From an uncultured Methanoregulaceae archaeon (GTDB taxonomy: Archaea > Halobacteriota > Methanomicrobia > Methanomicrobiales > Methanospirillaceae), in the NCBI GenBank assembly GCA_963717525.1, contig OY970343.1, positions 1,536,001-1,600,000 on the forward strand: a stretch of 64,000 bases of DNA, written 5' to 3'. The number at the start of each line of letters is the position of its first letter. Position 1 is the first letter of the stretch. The notes beneath the pieces were generated by a model that worked only from the letters and a program-made list of their open reading frames with translations, was not told the origin of the DNA and searched no databases. Shown piece by piece: positions 62,013 through 64,000 of this stretch. Made by a program: the position numbers and the translations under genes.

Positions 62013-63781
62013 TTCTTTGCCTCCCGGGATATCGCGCCTACCGGACAGAGCTGGGCGCAAACTATACAACCGCTGCACAATTCGTTGATCCGGGCCTTCT
62101 TGTCTACGAGCTCAATCGCGGGACACCCGAACCGCACACAGGTGCCGCAACCGGTACAGGTTTCAGGGTTTACTGCATACTTTCCCCGCTTTACCCCGGC
62201 GCGGCGGGCCACGATCACGCACATCTGCTTTGCGATAATCACTTTGACGCCCTTCTTTGTCTTTGCCGCCTCCAGCACCCGGAGCATGCCGGTCAGGTCA
62301 TAGGGGTCGACGGTCTCGACAAACGTCACCCCGCAGGAACGGCAGACTGCATCGAGGGAGACAGGGGGAGTTTCCACGCCGGTTGCAGTTACCCCGGTGT
62401 TCGGGTTGGGCTGGTGGCCGGTCATCGCGGTGATGCGGTTGTCGAGGATAACCACGGTCATGTTCGCGCCATTGTAGACCGCGTTCATCAGCCCCTGGAT
62501 ACCGGTATGCAGGAAGGTGGAGTCACCGATCGTGCAGACCACGTCCCGGGACTCGCCGGAATGTGCGATCCCGCTCCCGACCGTGATCGAGGCGCCCATG
62601 CAGATGGTAGTATCCACGGCGCCAAGCTGGAGGCCCAGCGTGTAGCAGCCGATATCGCTGGGGTAGATGGCAGACTCGCCAAACACCTTTTTCATGGCGT
62701 AGAATGCAGCGCGGTGGTGGCAGCCGGCGCAGAGGATGGGAGGGCGCATAGGGAGGTCCTGGACAGGTGGGGGGGAGTCAAAGGGGTTCTTCTCCAGGAA
62801 CCCGGCCTTTACCATGATCCCCGCGACAACAGCCGGGGAGAGTTCCCCTTCGTAGGGGGCGTACCCGTTGATCTTCCCGAACACCGGCACGCACCCGGCA
62901 ACCTGGCGCACGGCCTCCTCGACAACGGGGGCGAGTTCTTCGATGATGAGGATCTTCTCATGCTGTTGTGCAAACTTCCCGAGCCATTCCTCGTCAACCG
63001 GGTATGCCCCGATCTTCATGAACAAAACGCCGGGGGGCAGGAGTTCCTGTACATAGGATGCGCCGATCCCGCTTGCGATGATAGCAGTTTTCCCACGGAT
63101 GGTGAAATGGTTGAGTCCTTTTTCCACGAGACGTTTTTTGAGGGCAGGCTGCTTCTCGTTGAGTTTTTTGTGCAGGATACGGGTATGGGCAGGGATAACG
63201 ACATACTGGCGCGGGTCCTTGTGAAACTCCCCGGTTCTTGTATTAGGTACAACGTCGCCCAGTTCCACGTCGCCTTTCGAGTGGCAGATCCGGGTCGTGG
63301 GACGGAACAGCACCGGCAGGCCAAACTCCTCGGAGATCTCAAACGCAGGAGCGATCATGTCATGCGCTTCCTGCACTCCCGAAGGGTCGAGACAGGGTAG
63401 CCGGGCGAAATGGGCATAGCACCGGGTGTCCTGTTCATTCTGGGAACTGTGCGCGAACGGGTCATCGGCACTCATGATGACAAGGCCACCGGTCACCCCG
63501 GTATAGGCGCTCGTCATGAGGGCGTCGGCGGCGACGTTGAGGCCGACGTGCTTCATGGTGCAGATCGCCCGAAGCCCGCACCACGCGGCAGCGAGGGCGT
63601 TTTCGAGGGCCACTTTCTCGTTCACCGACCATTCCACGTGACAGGTCAAGTCCTTCTGCACACGGAGCACATCGACTACCTCCGATGACGGGGTGCCAGG
63701 GTACCCGCTCACAAAACCGACGCCCGACTCAAGACATGCGTGGGCGATGGCTTCATTTCCGAGAAGATAATGTCGTTCCAT
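62009..63781 (-). CDS. iorA: Indolepyruvate:ferredoxin oxidoreductase alpha subunit
   Basis: GYPGTPSSE, MKHVGLNVA, SSQNEQD, DIGCY, GDSTF.H, C-terminal 2x[4Fe-4S]. Confidence 0.97.
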   Translation of the reverse strand: MERHYLLGNEAIAHACLESGVGFVSGYPGTPSSEVVDVLRVQKDLTCHVEWSVNEKVALENALAAAWCGLRAICTMKHVGLNVAADALMTSAYTGVTGGLVIMSADDPFAHSSQNEQDTRCYAHFARLPCLDPSGVQEAHDMIAPAFEISEEFGLPVLFRPTTRICHSKGDVELGDVVPNTRTGEFHKDPRQYVVIPAHTRILHKKLNEKQPALKKRLVEKGLNHFTIRGKTAIIASGIGASYVQELLPPGVLFMKIGAYPVDEEWLGKFAQQHEKILIIEELAPVVEEAVRQVAGCVPVFGKINGYAPYEGELSPAVVAGIMVKAGFLEKNPFDSPPPVQDLPMRPPILCAGCHHRAAFYAMKKVFGESAIYPSDIGCYTLGLQLGAVDTTICMGASITVGSGIAHSGESRDVVCTIGDSTFLHTGIQGLMNAVYNGANMTVVILDNRITAMTGHQPNPNTGVTATGVETPPVSLDAVCRSCGVTFVETVDPYDLTGMLRVLEAAKTKKGVKVIIAKQMCVIVARRAGVKRGKYAVNPETCTGCGTCVRFGCPAIELVDKKARINELCSGCIVCAQLCPVGAISREAKK

Positions 63782-63911
63782 GATCCCAGATCCGTAAGGT
63801 ATGTATTTTTTGGCATGGTGCCCTATAGCATTATCCTGTCCACCCGGCCATTCACAACTTATAAAAACTCCGGTGGGATATCTAATACGGTAAATTTAAG
63901 GCAATCCTTTT

Positions 63912-63985
63912 GGGCCCGTAGCATAGCCCGGTGGTGCGCCCGGCTGATAACCGGGAGGTCATGCGTTCGAATCGCATCGGGCCCA
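63912..63985 (+). tRNA. tRNA-Ile (anticodon GAT)
   Basis: Acceptor GGGCCCG/CGGGCCC, anticodon arm CCCGG-CTGATAA-CCGGG, T-loop GTTCGAATC. Confidence 0.95.
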
Positions 63986-64000
63986 TTTTCTTATTTTTAA

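Noticed and set aside
60718..63400. Long plus-strand ORFs (346 and 464 aa)
   Set aside because: Antisense shadows of the methyltransferase and iorAB in GC-rich DNA

Overview
Chromosomal segment of a hydrogenotrophic methanogen of the order Methanomicrobiales (Methanoregula-like, inferred from the mtrA duplication with an MtrA-MtrG fusion, the PGF-CTERM S-layer protein and the gene order). Core content: the 3' part of mcrA, mtrEDCBAF-(A/G)-H, the rpl3-secY-adk-cmk ribosomal superoperon (minus strand), mtd, mer, iorAB, thyA, dcd, AMP phosphorylase, fibrillarin/Nop5, Cbf5, hemD, a major S-layer gene and four tRNAs (Arg-TCG, Gln-CTG, Ser-GGA, Ile-GAT). About 10 kb of accessory DNA lies between mcrA and mtrE. 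It holds a Cys/His-rich peptide with a radical SAM/SPASM cluster, G/C-rich repeats, a probable casposase (solo Cas1) remnant next to an AT-rich foreign gene, and several small ORFs absent from the ORF track. Most notable observations: (1) a ~500-nt densely structured RNA leader in front of rpl3; (2) a phased 32-bp repeat array with a GATC cluster behind tRNA-Gln; (3) the casposase relic; (4) about 12 single-base frameshifts, 10 of which sit on AGCT or GTAC, most simply read as long-read basecalling errors at methylated motifs, with an orphan DNA methyltransferase in the same window. Family assignments come from motif recognition by eye; no database searches were run.
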